From: Rhina ancylostomus
Taxonomy: Eukaryota
DNA: 64,000 nt
Assembly (NCBI GenBank): GCA_030265395.1
Contig: JARFYF010000057.1
Span: 12,103,818-12,167,817, forward strand
Reading direction: 5' to 3'
In this document: piece after piece, positions 61,546-64,000 of the stretch
How the letters are laid out: every line of letters begins with the position of its first letter
Numbering within the stretch: the first letter of the stretch is position 1
The notes under the pieces: model-generated
The model's input: only the letters and a program-made list of their open reading frames with translations
Databases searched by the model: none
What the model was told of the DNA's origin: nothing
Translations under genes and position numbers: made by a program

Positions 61546-62189
61546 CAAGCATAGTTGTAACTGCACTATTCTCTCCAAAAATGAATCTAATTACTTCCAG
61601 TTCACATTTATCCTCACACACTGTTCCCACACAAGTTCCTGGCCTCAATGTGCATCTGGATGAGAGCTAAAAGATGGTCAAATAATAGACTTGGTATATC
61701 ACTTGGGATAATTTCCTCATTCTTGTTAAAGGATCAGTGCATATTTTTAGGTGACTTTAAAGAAAGAAAAACAGCATCCAAATTTTGGACAAATATGTAT
61801 TTCAATCCAATTAAAAGGCTGATGTTCAGCCACATTCCAAACTTCACAAGATATCATGAATCAAAACTGTTACATATCCTTATCGGAAAAAGCTAACCAC
61901 TTAATCTGCTAAATTACCATCATAGAATCATGGAGCTGTACACCACAGAACAAACATTCAGTTGACTAAATGTGAATGAAAGACGAGAGGCAAAATACTA
62001 ATCAGGACTGAATAACCCAGTGAAAGCCAAGGCGTTAAGATACTTAAAAATAATAATGAACTAGATGCTGGTATAATAGAATGTCTATGTGTCTCACAAA
62101 TGGGGGTATGATTTTAATTTTCTCCTTTAAAAATTGATGATTTTTTTTTCAGATCTACTTTTGAGGTATTATATATTTGGATGGACCTT

Positions 62190-63692
62190 ACTTTTGGTCT
62201 ACCTGAACAACAAAGAGAAACTGAACATTTGCGCACAGAGTTTCTGCAGAAGACCAGCTCCTATTTAAACCAGTCAGATGAATATATCTGAGAGAAAGGA
62301 CCAAGTTTAGTGAGATGCCAAAGAAATGTCTTTGATACAATTACAGAAGATACTATAATGACCAAGAAATCATATTTTATTTTGAATGTTTCTGGTGGAA
62401 TAGGAAAAACTTTTCTTATTAATCTACTTTTGGCTAAAGTTTGAAGACAAAACATGATTGCCCAGGCCATGGAATCATCAGGCACTGCTTCAACATTTTG
62501 GACAAGTGGGAAAACTGCACATTTGGCTTTTAACCTTCCTTTAAATTTGACAGATATGGAGATTCCAACATGTAACATTGGTCGGAGAACTGCAAAGGAA
62601 AAAAATCTAAAAGATTGTAAACTAATTGTACAATGACACACAGAGCAGCCACTGAAGCATTAGATTGAATGTTGCAAGACGTTAGGCACAATAGTAAATT
62701 AATGGGAGGTGTTACTTTAGTGCTAGCTGGAAATTTTCATCAAACTTTACCAGTAATTCCACAAGGTACCACAGCAGATGAATTGAAAGCCTGTATTAAA
62801 GCATCATAAATTTGGGAGAATGTTAAATGATTACACTTGAAAACCAACATTTGAGAGCATTTGACAGGTGATCTATTTGTTAGACAGTATGCCTTGAATT
62901 TACTCAAATTAGGAAATGGGGATATTAAACATAAGACTCAACAGGAATGATTTCAATGGGCTGAATTGTTACATCAGCTCATGATCTGATGCAAGCTGCC
63001 TTCCCAAATGTCACTAACCACTATTTGACTGGTTATGAGAAAGAACAATTCCAGCACCCAAAATTGACGCAATGCAGGCCAAAAATGAAGACCTCCTTTC
63101 AAAACTTTCCAGTCAACGGCACAATATAAATCTATTGACAGACTTGATGGGCTGTGTATTTAATTTTTAAACTCTCTGTCACCACCTAGTGTCCCACACA
63201 TAACCTTGAACTAAAAGAAGGGCCTCCAGTCATGCTACTCAGGAATTTGGATCCTCCAATACTATGCAATGGCAAGATTATCAATTAAAAACTTTCTACC
63301 ACATGTAAATGAGGCTACAATAATGACTGGTAATGCTGTGGGGAAATGTCTTCATCCCTCAGATACCAGTTATCCCAGCTGATCTACTTTTTCAATTCAA
63401 GTGACTTCATTTCCCTGTTCAAAAACATGGTGGGCCGAAGGGCCTGTATTGTGCTGTATTGTTCTATGGTTCTATGGTTAACTTGCTATGAGCATTAACA
63501 AGGTGCAAGGACAAGCACTAAAAGCTGTTGGTCTTAATCTCAAAACTTAATGCTTTTCCCATGGTCAGCTATATGTTGGTTGTTCCAGAGTTGGAGACAA
63601 AAGTAACCTATATATTCTATACATTTTTACACCAGATTCAAAAAGAAGGAAATATAATGTATTCTGAAAACTTCAACTTTGAAATCAAGTAA
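62190..63692 (+). mobile_element. Helitron RepHel C-terminal PIF1 helicase, pseudogenised
   Basis: FGLP...QRNVFDTI...FILNVSGGIGKTFLINLLLAKV* (Walker A at 62394-62411), SSGTAST..SGKTAHLAFNLPLNL, ALD*MLQDVR..LMGGVTLVLAGNFHQTLPVIPQGT, LELKEGPPVMLLRNLDPPILCNG, VFIPQIPVIP..FQFK*LHFPV, AMSINKVQGQAL, CFSHGQLYVGCSRV, NIMYSE. Many stops and frameshifts. Confidence 0.93.
63425..63477 (+). mobile_element. CR1/HE1 3' tail inserted in the Helitron helicase
   Basis: acatggtgggccgaagggcctgtattgtgctgtattgttctatggttctatg separates FPV from AMSINK, which are only a few codons apart in intact PIF1. Confidence 0.85.
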
Positions 63693-64000
63693 ATTTACAC
63701 ATTGTGCACAGGTATTCACATGCTTAAAGAGAACTATATTAAACATAATTTTGTGTATATATTTATTTTCAGTGTGTGTTTTTATTGGTAACTTTAGTCA
63801 AACTACATAATTTTAACCCCCTAATTATATTATTTCACTCCTTGTAAATGAAATAAAATCTAATTTAATATTCAAGCTAGATTTTAATTTATAAGGACTG
63901 TCTGAAATAAAACATAACATTCCAGAAATAATCAGTAAGTCAGGCAGCATCTGTGGAAGCAGAAACATAGTAATGAACATGGAGTTCTCCCACTTTAAGT

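Noticed and set aside
61590-61770. Possible upstream kelch exon on the minus strand (acceptor tttctttaaag)
   Set aside because: Stop codons in all three frames and no BTB, BACK or kelch motif.
63870-63885. CTAG as the Helitron 3' terminus
   Set aside because: No GC-rich subterminal hairpin, and the next base is A rather than T.

Overview
Vertebrate genomic DNA from a gapped scaffold (12 N-runs). The repeats (HE1/V-SINE, CR1 tails, Penelope tails) point to a cartilaginous fish; this is an inference. The main gene is a complete ceramide synthase on the + strand, best matching CERS4 within the CERS2/3/4 clade: 10 coding exons over 35594-52598, 1179 nt, 392 aa, all GT-AG introns, a likely CpG promoter and non-coding first exon near 14.5 kb, and a polyA signal at 54315. 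Convergent with it on the - strand are the last two coding exons of a kelch-repeat (KLHL-type) gene (60255-59844 and 57932-57614); its 5' part is not visible in the window. The rest is decayed transposons: nested CR1 LINEs, L2, Tx1, Gypsy and RTE scraps, SINEs, Tigger-like MITEs, Penelope-like elements with degenerate minimal hammerhead motifs, and a Helitron PIF1 helicase fossil. I see no clearly new biological system. The best leads are: (i) a CerS homeodomain with a canonical recognition helix (VKRWFRNRR, Asn51 present), (ii) the hammerhead-like Penelope termini, (iii) an unplaced kelch gene inside a CpG-rich domain, (iv) the Helitron fossil, and (v) a divergent CTCF motif cluster upstream of the CerS gene. 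All family assignments come from motif recognition by eye and from memory of reference proteins; no searches were run.
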